Part shown: positions 18,401 through 27,760 of the stretch, piece by piece
Layout of the letters: each line of letters starts with the position of its first letter
Position numbering within the stretch: position 1 is the first letter of the stretch
Sequence record: MG049919
Direction: 5' to 3' (one strand)
DNA: 50,552 nucleotides
Source of the DNA: Shigella phage vB_SflS-ISF001
The notes under the pieces: model-generated
What the model was told of the DNA's origin: nothing
What the model saw: the letters and a program-made list of their open reading frames with translations, nothing else
Database searches by the model: none
Made by a program: the position numbers and the translations under genes

Positions 18401-18851
18401 CAACCGCTTGCTGCACCTCGTACTCAACGCGAACGCCGTTTTTATCGCCGTTACTTTCAATTCGTACGCCGCGAGGCATGAACATTTTGATACGGATTGC
18501 CGACAGCGTTTTGTTGGTTACTGAGATCGTGTATGGGTTATCGGTAGTAACCTCACGATTTACAGTTACCTCGCTGGAGCTATCTTCCATGCCCTTGATG
18601 TATTCCTGCGTCTGAGTTCCCGACCTGTACCCACCCCTTCCCTCGGCGAAGATGTACCATGCAACCTCGTTTTGCACCAAAACTGAGTTAAACATCAACT
18701 GCTTTAGGCTGAATGTTTCGTCAATTTCACCATCAGATACAGCTAACAGGTTTATGTTTATGATGTTTAAGTTATGTATCCCAACCATCTCAACTGGGTT
18801 ATGAGGCTTCTGTGACCCACCCTTAGATGAATTTATCACTTTTTGAATCAT
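15468..18851 (-). CDS. central tail fibre / host specificity protein (lambda J-like)
   Basis: 1127 aa, last gene of the M-L-K-I-J module; size and position as in lambda gpJ. Confidence 0.8.
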   Translation of the reverse strand: MIQKVINSSKGGSQKPHNPVEMVGIHNLNIININLLAVSDGEIDETFSLKQLMFNSVLVQNEVAWYIFAEGRGGYRSGTQTQEYIKGMEDSSSEVTVNREVTTDNPYTISVTNKTLSAIRIKMFMPRGVRIESNGDKNGVRVEYEVQQAVDGGSFETVLTDVIEGKTMSGYDRSRRVNLPNFNNQVIFRVVRKTPDSSDSNVVDAIQVKSYAEVIDAKFRYPLTGLLFVEFDSKMFPNQLPTISIRKRWKIINVPSNYDPESRTYNGNWDGTFKKAWTNNPAWVLYDLMINQRYGLDQKELGISVDKWALYEAAQYCDQMVPDGKGGTEPRYLCDVIIQSQTDAYKVIRDICSIFRGMSFWNGESISVIIDRPREPAYIFTNDNVVNGDFSYTFASEKSMYTTCNVMFDDEQNMYQQDVEPVFDREATLRFGNNVTSITAIGCTRRSEANRRGRWILKTNLRSTTVNFATGLEGMIPTIGDVVAIADNFWSSNLTMNLSGRLLEVSGSQIFLPFRVDARAGDFIIVNKPDGKPVKRTISSVSADGKTIEVNIGFGFPVKPNTVFAIDRTDIALQQYVVTKIDKGDDDEEFTYKITAVEYDPNKYDEIDYGVNIDDRPTSIVEPDQIPRPENVQVSSESRIVQGMSVETMIVSWDKVPYAVFYDVQWRKDNGNWQNVPQTANKEVYVEGIYAGNYQVRVRSVAGSGTTSGWSNIVAATLTGKQGEPGRPINLTATDDVVFGIRTKWGFSDGSGDTAYTELQQSPDGTVDNASLLSLIPYPQHEYYHSQMPGGNIVWYRVRTVDTIGNVSQWTDFVRGMALTNVDDIIGEISVDIEISPGYKWLVDNATGNASQNAANAEASIENALAHDKDAIYMKKENGKRKPEYTKSLKLIADETQARVTAIEQLKASFGDQIYASNSELREVIATETGELSREIDQLKAEIGDDNQASLTDIREAIANETVARTQADLTLSARLGNNEAALSQKLDSWSNADSTGAMYGVKLGLKYNGQEYSAGMAMSLIGSAGGVKAQILFEASRFAMITAMNGQTQYPFVVENGQAILSSAIIKDGFITNAKIGNGIQSNNWDGNQGLHINKNGAAYFMNATVTGALYADNESFGFIGTINSV

Positions 18852-18898
18852 GATGTTTACCTTTTTGTGCTATTTATCGGTGGACTCATTATACAGGC

Positions 18899-18923
18899 GA
18901 AAAAAAACCCGCGCAAGGCGGGT
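18899..18923 (-). terminator. intrinsic terminator-like hairpin between I and J
   Basis: Plus AAAAAAAACCCGCGCAAGGCGGG = minus-strand hairpin + U8; identical to element at 21080-21101. Confidence 0.5.
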
Positions 18924-18928
18924 TAATT

Positions 18929-19528
18929 TTAACTCATATCCTCGGCATAAGAACCTGCTGAGAAAGTTGCGCCACCTCCGGCGCGATATCCATACGGGAC
19001 CGGGAGAGGGTATCCCGCCGCCGTCGTATTGACAGCACCGCCGAACACGTACGAAGGTTTATTCTTGCTTGATTGAACTTCAAAGTTTGCGCCACCCGGC
19101 TGCGGTGAAATCATCTGCATCACGCCGCCCAGCACCATAGCGCCGCCCATCATAAACAGAGACGAGGACATTGTGCCCATTAAAGCCAGAGACGCGCCGC
19201 CAGTATAGAATGCTGCAACCATTATTGCCGCGCCCAATACAACCTGGAATAGACCTCCTGTCTTAGAGCCAGTAGGGATCGGTACGATTCTTATCTCTTT
19301 CGCGCACTTGATTTTTTCCTCTTCATGGTGTCCAACGTTAACGCCATCCACATATATTGCAAATTTGCTACGAGATCCTTTCTCGCTTAGCTTGTATTCT
19401 TTGAATCCATCTACCTGACTGGATAGCGCCAGGATAGCTTCCGGGTAAGAGTCAACGGCGAATCTGTGAAAGACGCCGTAGCGCCTTCCAAGTGAACCTG
19501 ATAATTTGATTACTTTTACATCATTCAT
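18929..19528 (-). CDS. tail assembly protein (lambda I-like)
   Basis: 199 aa with C-terminal hydrophobic Gly-rich segment; position between K-like and J-like genes. Confidence 0.65.
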   Translation of the reverse strand: MNDVKVIKLSGSLGRRYGVFHRFAVDSYPEAILALSSQVDGFKEYKLSEKGSRSKFAIYVDGVNVGHHEEEKIKCAKEIRIVPIPTGSKTGGLFQVVLGAAIMVAAFYTGGASLALMGTMSSSLFMMGGAMVLGGVMQMISPQPGGANFEVQSSKNKPSYVFGGAVNTTAAGYPLPVPYGYRAGGGATFSAGSYAEDMS

Positions 19529-20259
19529 AATTTAAGATCCTTATGGCGAACAATTAAAACAGTATGATCCTGATACCAGCCGGAATAGATATCACGTCGC
19601 GAAAGTTTGCCAAAGGCGTGATGCAAGATCTGATTATCACCCAGGTAAATGCCTGCGTGGTTCCATACCGGAACATTTTGCCCTATCTGCATGATTACCA
19701 TATCCCCGGATGATGGGTTATTCTGATCTGGAATCTCAACGAATCCATCTTGCTTGTAATAATCCTGATAGAGATTAATTCCGTACTCCGGTTTCCACCA
19801 TTCAAAATTCAATCGGCGATCGCGTAACTCTACGCCGTGCTCTTTGTGCCACGCCATAACAAGACCGTAACAGTCGAATGATCCTAATGACCACGGACGA
19901 CCAATCAGAGGTAATTTCTCTGGCTTCACAAATCGCATATCCCCTTCAGGCACGCTAACAATGATCCAGGTAACTTCCATCTCGTTGCACATGCACGTAT
20001 CGTGAGCGCTTGGTAGAGTTGTAGCCCCGTCTCCTGTATGACTATGAACAATTGCGATCGTAGTTGATTCCGCATCGTCCTCAATGCAAGCGTATTGTAC
20101 AGCATCCATCATGAAATGATTCTCGGGATCACGATGCACATTATCAATGCGATGGTATTTTTGCACTCGGCCCTTTTGGGTGACTACCCCGCAGCATTCG
20201 CGTGGGTATTCTTCTTGAGCGTGAGTCATAATTTCAAGTTTAATTTTTGCACTAATCAT
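19525..20259 (-). CDS. tail assembly protein (lambda K-like; MPN/JAB + NlpC/P60)
   Basis: JAMM-like HSHTGDGATTLPSAHD and C-terminal Cys/His peptidase-like region; start at ATG with AGAGGAAAAATCA RBS overlapping L stop (track ORF to 20292, TTG). Confidence 0.7.
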   Translation of the reverse strand: MISAKIKLEIMTHAQEEYPRECCGVVTQKGRVQKYHRIDNVHRDPENHFMMDAVQYACIEDDAESTTIAIVHSHTGDGATTLPSAHDTCMCNEMEVTWIIVSVPEGDMRFVKPEKLPLIGRPWSLGSFDCYGLVMAWHKEHGVELRDRRLNFEWWKPEYGINLYQDYYKQDGFVEIPDQNNPSSGDMVIMQIGQNVPVWNHAGIYLGDNQILHHAFGKLSRRDIYSGWYQDHTVLIVRHKDLKL

Positions 20260-21038
20260 TGATTTTTCCTCTGTAGTAAAGCGACAGCGCAACCACCAAA
20301 ATCCAATTCATTGTTTGCAGCGAATCTCAGGCGGCAGGCCGTTACCGTACCCGGGCAAAAGTCCAGTGAAGGATCAGCTACCGGATTATTGTCTTTATCA
20401 AAGTAACCGTTTTGCCCGTTATATACGGAGCCCTTCCCGGTTTTATACCATCCACGCTGCGCCCAATAGCATACGATTTGCGTGAGTCGAGACGGAATCA
20501 TGATGCCGTCCATATCGTAAGGTGATGTGAGATCGAACCGCGCAACGCTTTTATCAACATAGTTCGGACGCTCGATATAGTATACCAGTTTGCGGTAAGC
20601 TCCATCAGCGATTGAGCCATCGGAGTTAATAAGCTCACGCTGAGTTATCCAGATAGTCACCTTAGCTTGCATTAGACCGTTATATGCACGAATCAACGCA
20701 GATACGCGACTATCAATGTTTGCCACAGTTAATTCTGGTTTTGTTGCCTTGCCTGAACTGTCAAATGAGATCCCGGATATACCGGAAGGTCGCGCCCCGA
20801 ATTTCTCGCCACGGAATGTAATTTCCTTCAGCGGTAGCGTTCCAGTTTGCTGGGCCTGCATGATTTCTTCTGGAGTGTACTGGATATTCTCACCGTGGAA
20901 TCGGGACACCTGAGCGCCGAACTTACTACCATCAACTACGATGATAATGATTATCACTCCCGGATATAGTGATTGTAGGCAGTTGTGAAACAGGCTTCTT
21001 CCGCTTAATTGATCATTAAGTATTATGGTTGCGCTCAT
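20256..21038 (-). CDS. minor tail protein (lambda L-like)
   Basis: Position; C-terminal Cys cluster CPGTVTAC...GGC; start at internal ATG with AGAGGAAAAATCA RBS (track ORF to 21095). Confidence 0.65.
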   Translation of the reverse strand: MSATIILNDQLSGRSLFHNCLQSLYPGVIIIIIVVDGSKFGAQVSRFHGENIQYTPEEIMQAQQTGTLPLKEITFRGEKFGARPSGISGISFDSSGKATKPELTVANIDSRVSALIRAYNGLMQAKVTIWITQRELINSDGSIADGAYRKLVYYIERPNYVDKSVARFDLTSPYDMDGIMIPSRLTQIVCYWAQRGWYKTGKGSVYNGQNGYFDKDNNPVADPSLDFCPGTVTACRLRFAANNELDFGGCAVALLQRKNQ

Positions 21039-21079
21039 TGATTTTTCCTCTTGTTTACCTGCAACCATTCTACAGCTAC

Positions 21080-21105
21080 AAAAAAACCCGCGCAAGGCGG
21101 GCTTT
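21080..21105 (-). terminator. intrinsic terminator-like hairpin between M and L
   Basis: Plus AAAAAAACCCGCGCAAGGCGGGCTTTTG; exact 22-nt repeat of 18901-18922. Confidence 0.5.
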
Positions 21106-21117
21106 TGTTATGTGGCG

Positions 21118-21471
21118 TTAATCCATAGATGTAAACTGCTCCATATACGTGTCGTTAATCTCTATCACGTCGCGTGATACTGGCTTCTCGCCCAGGCTGT
21201 TAGGCTTAACAACCCATATCCCGCTCTTTCCGTCCGGCGGCGTCCATGCGAACGGTTTAATGCGGTGAGAATCACAGAAGTCGTAAACAGCCATGAAATC
21301 TTCCCCGGCATAGATAACCTTACACTCGCGTTTCGTGGTGTTACATCCAGATGATGCAAGCTGCATGTAGCCGTTTCCAAACTGTATGGATCTGTCATTG
21401 TTGGTAGTGGTAAGGGAACCGCTGCCCCCTTGATCCTGCGTGCACCAACTGAAAGTATCAAGTGCCGCCAT
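21118..21471 (-). CDS. minor tail protein (lambda M-like)
   Basis: 117 aa immediately downstream of tape measure gene, as lambda gpM. Confidence 0.6.
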   Translation of the reverse strand: MAALDTFSWCTQDQGGSGSLTTTNNDRSIQFGNGYMQLASSGCNTTKRECKVIYAGEDFMAVYDFCDSHRIKPFAWTPPDGKSGIWVVKPNSLGEKPVSRDVIEINDTYMEQFTSMD

Positions 21472-21473
21472 TA

Positions 21474-24347
21474 TTAGCCTACTGTTTTTTCCTGAATATA
21501 ATTATAAACCACACCGACCTGCGAACAAGACTCTCGAATCATTTTTTTGAACATCATTTCTACGCCCTGAGAAATTCCTATCGGATCTGAACCGTTGTCA
21601 ACTTTAACCTCCATACCCCTAACATCAACGACCGTCCCGCCTGCTGATTGGTTTACTGCCTTCGGCGCTGATTTAGAAGCGTTAAATCCAGAGGTTGCAA
21701 CACTACCCGCAGCGGCGGCAAGCGAGGTAACAACGACACCCGAAGATAAAGACCTAAAACCAGAGGCGGCAGGCGTAGGAGTTGCCTGTGATGCCGCAGA
21801 AGCACCAGGAGACACCCCTCCAGCAAAACTCCACGTCTTACCGCCCATCATGCCTGAGATCGTAATAAATATTACCATCTGAGCAATCATCTTGATAATC
21901 ATGCTAATGATGTTTTTCGCAAAGTCCTCAAAGTTTGCCTTACCTGTAGTGAGGAATTGGGTCATCATATCACTCATTCCATTAAGTGAACTTGACGCGA
22001 TATCATATACGTTACCATACATATCCATTGCAGAATCGCCGTAATCTGCAAATGCGCTTTCAGCACCAGCTAACCAGTCAGCGCGTTTGGCATCTTCCGC
22101 AGCGTAGTAATCATTTTGCGCCTTAATCATGTTCTGGAGTTTTTCGTCTCCCTCACTACCTCCAGAGTTGATGTAATCAGTGGTTATTTTAGCCAGTTCC
22201 GCTGGTCGTTCCATCGCGCGCGTGCTAAGACCGGGTGACGCGTTAAGCTGTTCTGTCGCCGCCGTCATCTCATTGACAAACTTCAGAGATTTATCGGTAA
22301 GAGCATTCAACTGTTGTTGCTTAACAATCTGATCGCCAATCTCGGCCTTCTGTTTTGCAAGCTCAATAACTCTCTCCTGACTTGCCAGCAACGCTTTCTC
22401 TTCCGCAGACAACTGACGCTTAGAACTGGCTTCACGAAGAACAGCAATCGTTGCCTCGGTCGTAAACAGCGCTTTTCTCTGTGCGGAAAGTTTTTGCCCG
22501 ATCTCCTTGTGCTCCTGCAATACCTTAAGTTGAGCCTTGAGTGAAATTAACTCCTTGTCGAATTGCTCTGTCGGTGAGCGTACAATTTTCGACTGCTTAT
22601 TTCGTTCTCGGTTTCGCTTCTCGATCTCTTCTGCTTCTTTCCTTATTGCTTCCTTAGTTTCCTCGCTGTACTGCTTTTCAAGAGTGCGACGCTGCCTCAT
22701 TGCTTCAATGTATCCCATCTCGCCTTTTTCTACTCGAGCGTTAATAGCGTCAAGCTCTGAAGCCAACTGGTCTAAGTTGTCGCGAGAACTTTTTACGATG
22801 TTCTCCTGCTCCTTCAGTACATCAGCGCCGAAATCACTCATTCCAGGCAGGGACTGAGTTGCCGTTATGGCTGAGGCGATAAAGTTTGAGATGTACTCAT
22901 CACCCTTCGCTAGAGTCATTTTGACCAGAATCACTGTACCCTGAACAAAGTCGATAATCAGGTTTAGCGCCCCGAGTGTATGATCACCAACCCATCCCCA
23001 CGCGTCCGAAGCCCATTGTTTAATATCGCTCCACATCTTTTCCAGAGGAGTAGCGTTATCCGCGATCGATTTCATTCGCTTTTCCATTACGTCTGCGAAT
23101 AGTTTGGTAGCCCCTGATACAGCCTCAGTTTCTCCTTTCGTCCGGCTTAATGTATCGATATAGGTAAGCTGCCCTCTTTCAAGGCAATTATATCGCTCGT
23201 TTAACCTCTTCAGACCTCTTACCGGATCGCTTGCGATTTTGTCGAACTCAGAAATAATTTGACTTGCTGACTTTCCTGTTGACGCTGACCACTCTGCGGT
23301 AGCCTTAGTGATGTTCTGGATCTGCTCGCGGGTGTACTTACCAGAACTTGCCAACTCCGTTACAATCTCGCGAATACTCCCAATGGTTGAGTTGCTTGTC
23401 TGAGCCACCTTTTTAGCAACAGAATCAAGCTCTTCAGCCGTGACTCCTGCATAACCTCCAGTCTCAACAAGAGCCTTCTGCATATCAGTTATTGACTTGT
23501 AAGAGTCATAACCAGCTTTCGCAAGAAGACCTAAAGAGCCGACAAGAACACCAACACCAACTGTGACCGGATTAATATAGCTGAGCAATACCTTAAATGT
23601 ATTCCCGATCCCGCCGAACGAGTCCTTGATTTGACCGCCTTGCTGGATGGCAACCATCCAAACTGGCATACCTGACGCAAGAGATGTAACGACGTCGGTA
23701 ATCTGCGCGGGAAGCATTCGCATTGCCTGCCTATATTGCCCAGCGCTAATACCTGCGGCATTCATAGCTCGACCCTGCTCTTTCAGTTTTGCGATCAGTG
23801 GCGCTGCTTCATTTGATAGTCCAAGCTGAGCCGCTTTCAGTTCCATTAACTCTGCGTGAGTTTTGCCAATAGCGTTAACCTGACTGTTCAGGGAATCCAT
23901 GAACGCTTTGTTTTTCGCTGCTGCCTGATCTTTTGCTTTCGCTTCCTGCAATGCTGCCTGACCCTCTTCAGTAAGCATGGCTCGGCTGCGAGCAAGTTTT
24001 GCATTTTGCATGTCCAGCATTTCACCCAAACGGAAAAATGTTTCATCTGGAACAACGCCCTTTCGCCAGAGTTTATCAAGCTGCTGAGATGCAATCTTCA
24101 GCCTTTCCATTTTTGATACTGTAGGATCGATTGCCTTTTCTACAGCCTCGTACTCTCTGCGCTGGCGCTTAAGTTGCTCAGCGTGTTCTTTAGCCTTCTG
24201 TTTTGCAACCTCGGCCTCATTGATTAAACACCCCATAGAGTCAGCGGCTTGGTCGTTAGCTCTTGAACACTCTTTCAATGATTTGACGGCGCGCTGCACT
24301 GTCGACACATCAACGTCAAGCGATAGACCTTCTCCTTTTTCATCCAT
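21474..24347 (-). CDS. tail tape measure protein
   Basis: 957 aa, coiled-coil-rich with hydrophobic Gly-rich segments; between G/T chaperone genes and M; AAGGGGG RBS. Confidence 0.85.
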   Translation of the reverse strand: MDEKGEGLSLDVDVSTVQRAVKSLKECSRANDQAADSMGCLINEAEVAKQKAKEHAEQLKRQRREYEAVEKAIDPTVSKMERLKIASQQLDKLWRKGVVPDETFFRLGEMLDMQNAKLARSRAMLTEEGQAALQEAKAKDQAAAKNKAFMDSLNSQVNAIGKTHAELMELKAAQLGLSNEAAPLIAKLKEQGRAMNAAGISAGQYRQAMRMLPAQITDVVTSLASGMPVWMVAIQQGGQIKDSFGGIGNTFKVLLSYINPVTVGVGVLVGSLGLLAKAGYDSYKSITDMQKALVETGGYAGVTAEELDSVAKKVAQTSNSTIGSIREIVTELASSGKYTREQIQNITKATAEWSASTGKSASQIISEFDKIASDPVRGLKRLNERYNCLERGQLTYIDTLSRTKGETEAVSGATKLFADVMEKRMKSIADNATPLEKMWSDIKQWASDAWGWVGDHTLGALNLIIDFVQGTVILVKMTLAKGDEYISNFIASAITATQSLPGMSDFGADVLKEQENIVKSSRDNLDQLASELDAINARVEKGEMGYIEAMRQRRTLEKQYSEETKEAIRKEAEEIEKRNRERNKQSKIVRSPTEQFDKELISLKAQLKVLQEHKEIGQKLSAQRKALFTTEATIAVLREASSKRQLSAEEKALLASQERVIELAKQKAEIGDQIVKQQQLNALTDKSLKFVNEMTAATEQLNASPGLSTRAMERPAELAKITTDYINSGGSEGDEKLQNMIKAQNDYYAAEDAKRADWLAGAESAFADYGDSAMDMYGNVYDIASSSLNGMSDMMTQFLTTGKANFEDFAKNIISMIIKMIAQMVIFITISGMMGGKTWSFAGGVSPGASAASQATPTPAASGFRSLSSGVVVTSLAAAAGSVATSGFNASKSAPKAVNQSAGGTVVDVRGMEVKVDNGSDPIGISQGVEMMFKKMIRESCSQVGVVYNYIQEKTVG

Positions 24348-24364
24348 ACAACCCCCTTATATAC

Positions 24365-24386
24365 AAAAAAACCGCCAGACGGCGGC
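24365..24386 (-). terminator. intrinsic terminator-like hairpin between T and tape measure gene
   Basis: Plus AAAAAAACCGCCAGACGGCGG = minus hairpin + U7. Confidence 0.5.
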
Positions 24387-24656
24387 TTAGATATTCTGCT
24401 TAGCAATCATTTCAAGCGCTTTCGCTTCCATGATCATAATGTCCTGCAATGCCAGTTCTACATCTTCTATTTTATAGATTTTAAACAACATAGGCAAAAC
24501 ATTATAGTCAAGAGCATAAGCGGCAGCGCCTGAACTTCTCCACTGAATGAGCATTGATGTAAAAACATTCCAACCCTTCACCATTTCAGCGTCGCCAATT
24601 ATCGTTTCAAATTCCTCGTCTTCATAGTCTGAAAGACTTGAACCAACCGATCGCAT
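24387..24656 (-). CDS. tail assembly chaperone T segment (candidate G-T frameshift product)
   Basis: ORF in -1 frame relative to G, open back through the 3' end of G; own ATG with GAGGAA RBS also present. Confidence 0.5.
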   Translation of the reverse strand: MRSVGSSLSDYEDEEFETIIGDAEMVKGWNVFTSMLIQWRSSGAAAYALDYNVLPMLFKIYKIEDVELALQDIMIMEAKALEMIAKQNI

Positions 24657-24703
24657 TTGTTCCTCTGTTGGCGGCTTCTGATATAACAGATAGACCGCCT
24701 TTT

Positions 24704-25021
24704 TTAGATTTTTGCGCGGTGTCCGGCAAGAGCCTTGATGTAAGTCGCTGTCAAGTTGTACGCTGCTGAAGGATAATACTGAACCAGTTTTAGCGCATTT
24801 TCTTCGTTAAATTCTTCTACAAGGTTCCATCCTGACGCGATCTTGGTATTGAACTCGCTGTCGTTCATTTCTCCCCGGTTGGCAGACATATCCTGAACTT
24901 CTTTACTGGAAAGGTGGCGTACAGTGAAAATGATCGTTGCATCTTCACCGTTAGGCTTGGCGAAGGTAACTGGAAGTTTGCAGTCTGGACGTTGACCAAG
25001 AATAAAATTAAATCTACCCAT
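24704..25021 (-). CDS. tail assembly chaperone (lambda G-like)
   Basis: 105 aa between major tail and tape measure genes; CAGGAG RBS; A-rich tract at 3' end. Confidence 0.65.
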   Translation of the reverse strand: MGRFNFILGQRPDCKLPVTFAKPNGEDATIIFTVRHLSSKEVQDMSANRGEMNDSEFNTKIASGWNLVEEFNEENALKLVQYYPSAAYNLTATYIKALAGHRAKI

Positions 25022-25042
25022 GATATTTCTCCTGATTGGTTA

Positions 25043-25062
25043 ATGGCACTTTTTGTTAAAAG
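25043..25062 (-). promoter_or_regulatory. 20-mer motif copy immediately upstream of G gene RBS
   Basis: Plus-strand ATGGCACTTTTTGTTAAAAG; inverted relative to early cassettes. Confidence 0.45.
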
Positions 25063-25102
25063 AGAATAGTGCAAACTTGATACGATGATTTTACAGAAAT
25101 GA

Positions 25103-25123
25103 ATAAGGGGGCGCAAGCCCCCT
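25103..25123 (-). terminator. hairpin downstream of major tail gene (weak terminator/attenuator)
   Basis: GGGGGC-GCAA-GCCCCC; minus strand followed by TTATTCATTT. Confidence 0.4.
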
Positions 25124-25135
25124 TGTGGATATGAT

Positions 25136-25801
25136 TTAGGCACCAGGTCGTGCCAGAGCGGATGAAACGAAAGTGAAATCACCCTTCTGGGATACGGCGA
25201 GTTGTACCGTTTCCATTTCGTTTACTTGCGTAGATGGAATGTCGTTAAAAGACCAGATACCAGCCCACATGCGCATCTTGTTCGCTTTTGGAACATACAT
25301 CCGAACCGCAGTTACCTGACCAGAAGAATCCTGCTTACGCAGAATAGGGTAGATCGGGTTATCAAATTCGTGCGCGAATGTGTAAGTTAGCGAGATCCCA
25401 GATTTAAACGTTGGGATCTGCTTTTCTTTATCATCGGACAAGCACTGATAAGTATAATTCTGCTGCTCGCCGCGGTCCTGACCAATCTCCTGTACGCAAG
25501 GAATCTCAGTCCAGCCAGTAATCTTTGCAAAGCTCATCGTGCCGCCAGCCGGGAAAACAAGAGTATCAGAGGTGTCAATCCCAGCGAGAGTGATGCTTGT
25601 TTCCGGAGCGGCAGTAACAATCAGCCCTCGACTGACCATCTTGGCCCAGGTTGACTGAGTTACAATAACGTAAACGCCTTTTACTAAGTCGCCCTTAGAT
25701 GCAACTGTAGCAACAAGATTTCCTGCGTTAGTAATAGCGGTTGCCTCACTATCTTCTCCGCGAGAGGTTTCCACGAAAATTTGCGCGCCATTTGGTAAGA
25801 G
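25136..25801 (-). CDS. major tail protein (lambda V-like)
   Basis: Position upstream of G/T; start at ATG with AAGGAG RBS (track ORF to 25858); hairpin downstream. Confidence 0.65.
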   Translation of the reverse strand, partial: LLPNGAQIFVETSRGEDSEATAITNAGNLVATVASKGDLVKGVYVIVTQSTWAKMVSRGLIVTAAPETSITLAGIDTSDTLVFPAGGTMSFAKITGWTEIPCVQEIGQDRGEQQNYTYQCLSDDKEKQIPTFKSGISLTYTFAHEFDNPIYPILRKQDSSGQVTAVRMYVPKANKMRMWAGIWSFNDIPSTQVNEMETVQLAVSQKGDFTFVSSALARPGA

Positions 25802-25806
25802 CATAA

Positions 25807-26205
25807 TTAAATCTCCTTTGTGTCTACTCGTACTGTAAAGCGAACCGGAGTCATCCACTCGCTTTCATGTTTAACAATTTGATGCACGATTACACCCTCG
25901 GAAATATTACCAACGTTAAGCATTTTACCATCTTTGAAAAAATCAGCAATGTCTTTTGTTCTGAATCTTGCTTCGTCAACGCCGGATCCTGGAGGAAACA
26001 CTACTCCGATCCGAACGATTGCGATGGAAGATTTACACTTTCTGTCAATGGATAGATAACGCCTATCCTCTTCAATGTAGTTGAACCTCAGCAACATCCC
26101 GCCATCCTTCGGCGGTATGAAATTTCTGTTTTCCATGTAGTGAGGAAAGTCTCTGTACTTTGACTGAAAGGCGGATCGCGCCGCCGCTGATAACTCATAG
26201 TGCAT
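25807..26205 (-). CDS. tail completion / tail terminator-like protein
   Basis: 132 aa directly upstream of major tail gene; AAGGAGA RBS. Confidence 0.45.
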   Translation of the reverse strand: MHYELSAAARSAFQSKYRDFPHYMENRNFIPPKDGGMLLRFNYIEEDRRYLSIDRKCKSSIAIVRIGVVFPPGSGVDEARFRTKDIADFFKDGKMLNVGNISEGVIVHQIVKHESEWMTPVRFTVRVDTKEI

Positions 26206-26638
26206 TTTGTTGTCTCCTTGCTTGCTTTATTGCGTCTGCCATATACGATAGCAATCTCAATGCAACCAGCCCGACGACGCCGTTTGGTGCTAATTGTGAA
26301 TGACCGTACTCAAGAGAGCCTGCATAAATTAACATGTTTGAGAAGTGAACGGATGTTATAACGCCCCCACGGCTGAACATGGCATAAGATTTGGCTTGCT
26401 CCTCACTACGGACAACGACGCCAGTTCTATCGTATCGATTTAATGCGTAGTTAGGGATTTCGTTAAAAGTTAACTGCCAGTTACCCAAAAAGCGCCCCGT
26501 GTCGACGGGAGAAAGGCTAACGAGCGCGTCGTGAACATCCCTTACAAAAATCTCAATGGAATGTTCTAACGTGCTTTCAGCGGCCTTAATCCACGCATCA
26601 ATCTCACCTTGAAATCTACGAATCTGATAATTAGCCAT
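26195..26638 (-). CDS. HK97 gp10-like neck/tail component
   Basis: PVDTGRFLGNW resembles the VDTGRLRNSW signature of HK97 gp10 family. Confidence 0.55.
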   Translation of the reverse strand: MANYQIRRFQGEIDAWIKAAESTLEHSIEIFVRDVHDALVSLSPVDTGRFLGNWQLTFNEIPNYALNRYDRTGVVVRSEEQAKSYAMFSRGGVITSVHFSNMLIYAGSLEYGHSQLAPNGVVGLVALRLLSYMADAIKQARRQQNAL

Positions 26639-27002
26639 CTACTGATACCCTCCGCAATACTGGGCGATAGGCGACTGGTTTCAGTGACGCCTGAACCGGG
26701 CGAGCATCAACGACAACATGACGAACGCCGTCAATCTCTATATAGTCACCTTCGTTTATTTCATGGTCGTTATTGAAGATCCCCCAAAGGTCTGAGGCGC
26801 GGTTAGTCTCCCCGTCAATCTCACGCGCGTTCGGTCTTCGCGTCGCGCCGGATATTGGAATAACCTTTTCCATCGGTGGGATCTCGAATCCGATTTCATT
26901 ATATCCGTATTCACCTTGCTTTATCAGGTTCATAGGTCTTGATGCATCGGTGAAGAAAGCCACGCCTTTGCGAGCCATCCTTTCGATCTGTGAGTAGTTC
27001 AT
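26631..27002 (-). CDS. head-tail connector (head closure-like) protein
   Basis: Position; start at second ATG with GGAGG RBS, ATGA overlap with upstream gene. Confidence 0.45.
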   Translation of the reverse strand: MNYSQIERMARKGVAFFTDASRPMNLIKQGEYGYNEIGFEIPPMEKVIPISGATRRPNAREIDGETNRASDLWGIFNNDHEINEGDYIEIDGVRHVVVDARPVQASLKPVAYRPVLRRVSVDG

Positions 27003-27412
27003 TGGTGGCATCCTCCACGGAGTCCTGTCATTAATGCGAATCGACCACGGTGTCGCGCTTTAAGCTGTTCGAACATCTTACCCCACGGCGTCGAAAGCAT
27101 CTTGTTCTCTGACTGGTTCTTCGTCACCTCTCCAGAAATGTGGCTAAATTTACCGCTCAGGGAGAATGACGTAACGAGTCGTGAGTACGATTCAGGATCC
27201 TTATCTTCACCTTTTAGCGCCCCATCAAGGAAAGCAAGGGGCAATGCATAATGAGCAAGCGCCTTGACGTATGCAGCTTTAAAGGTCTTCTGGCATACAT
27301 ATAGCTCAGCCATTTCTACCCATGCATAAAGCGTTTCGTCTGGAACCTTGCGAAGTGCCGGAACCTGCTTTCTCATTTGCTCGACCACTTTGTTTAATGT
27401 TTCTTGATCCAT
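26999..27412 (-). CDS. head-tail adaptor-like protein
   Basis: Position; start at ATG with AGGTGG RBS (track ORF begins at GTG 27421). Confidence 0.45.
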   Translation of the reverse strand: MDQETLNKVVEQMRKQVPALRKVPDETLYAWVEMAELYVCQKTFKAAYVKALAHYALPLAFLDGALKGEDKDPESYSRLVTSFSLSGKFSHISGEVTKNQSENKMLSTPWGKMFEQLKARHRGRFALMTGLRGGCHQ

Positions 27413-27424
27413 AATTTCCACCTA

Positions 27425-27448
27425 TAAAAAAAGGCGCATTAAGCGCCT
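27425..27448 (-). terminator. intrinsic terminator-like hairpin
   Basis: Plus AAAAAAAGGCGCATTAAGCGCCTT = minus hairpin + U7. Confidence 0.5.
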
Positions 27449-27454
27449 TGTTGA

Positions 27455-27745
27455 TTAATAGTATTCGCCGCCGTCTTCAAGCTCTGTTACGCTCATCTTA
27501 TCCCACGGATCAGGTTTTTTAAGTTTAGCCATCGCTGCGCGGATTTCCCGGTTGGTGCCACTGCCGTCTTTTCCTTCGATTTCTACGCGAGCAATCAAGC
27601 AAGGCAGCCCGGGCAATACAAGTGCGGATGCTGGGAGTGTCACCTCTGCATCCGGGAGAGCCTTTGCGAATGAGACATCTTCAAGAAGGAACATCTGAAG
27701 CGCTACACCAACGGTTACGATAACAACAGTTTTTTCTTTAGCCAT
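27455..27745 (-). CDS. hypothetical protein (96 aa) bracketed by two terminators
   Basis: Start at internal ATG with GGAGAAA RBS (track ORF to 27817); lies between terminator hairpins at about 27767-27787 and 27431-27447. Confidence 0.45.
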   Translation of the reverse strand: MAKEKTVVIVTVGVALQMFLLEDVSFAKALPDAEVTLPASALVLPGLPCLIARVEIEGKDGSGTNREIRAAMAKLKKPDPWDKMSVTELEDGGEYY

Positions 27746-27760
27746 TTTGATTTCTCCAAT

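Noticed and set aside
16187-18615. Plus-strand ORFs inside the J gene (16187-16378, 16718-16900, 16953-17135, 17140-17607, 18355-18615)
   Set aside because: Antisense to a long, well-supported structural gene; no RBS; typical spurious ORFs.
18861-18885. Degenerate 20-mer-like sequence (ATAGCACAAAAAGGTAAAC) overlapping the J gene RBS
   Set aside because: Second half-site poorly matched; likely chance resemblance within an A-rich RBS region.
20257-21053. Identical 16-nt translation-initiation context (AGAGGAAAAATCAATG) at K and L starts
   Set aside because: Probably convergent strong RBS/start contexts of adjacent tail genes rather than a separate element; too short to interpret.
21595-24116. 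Plus-strand ORFs inside the tape measure gene (21595-21882, 22314-22857, 23647-23829, 23856-24116)
   Set aside because: Antisense to the tape measure gene; no ribosome-binding sites.
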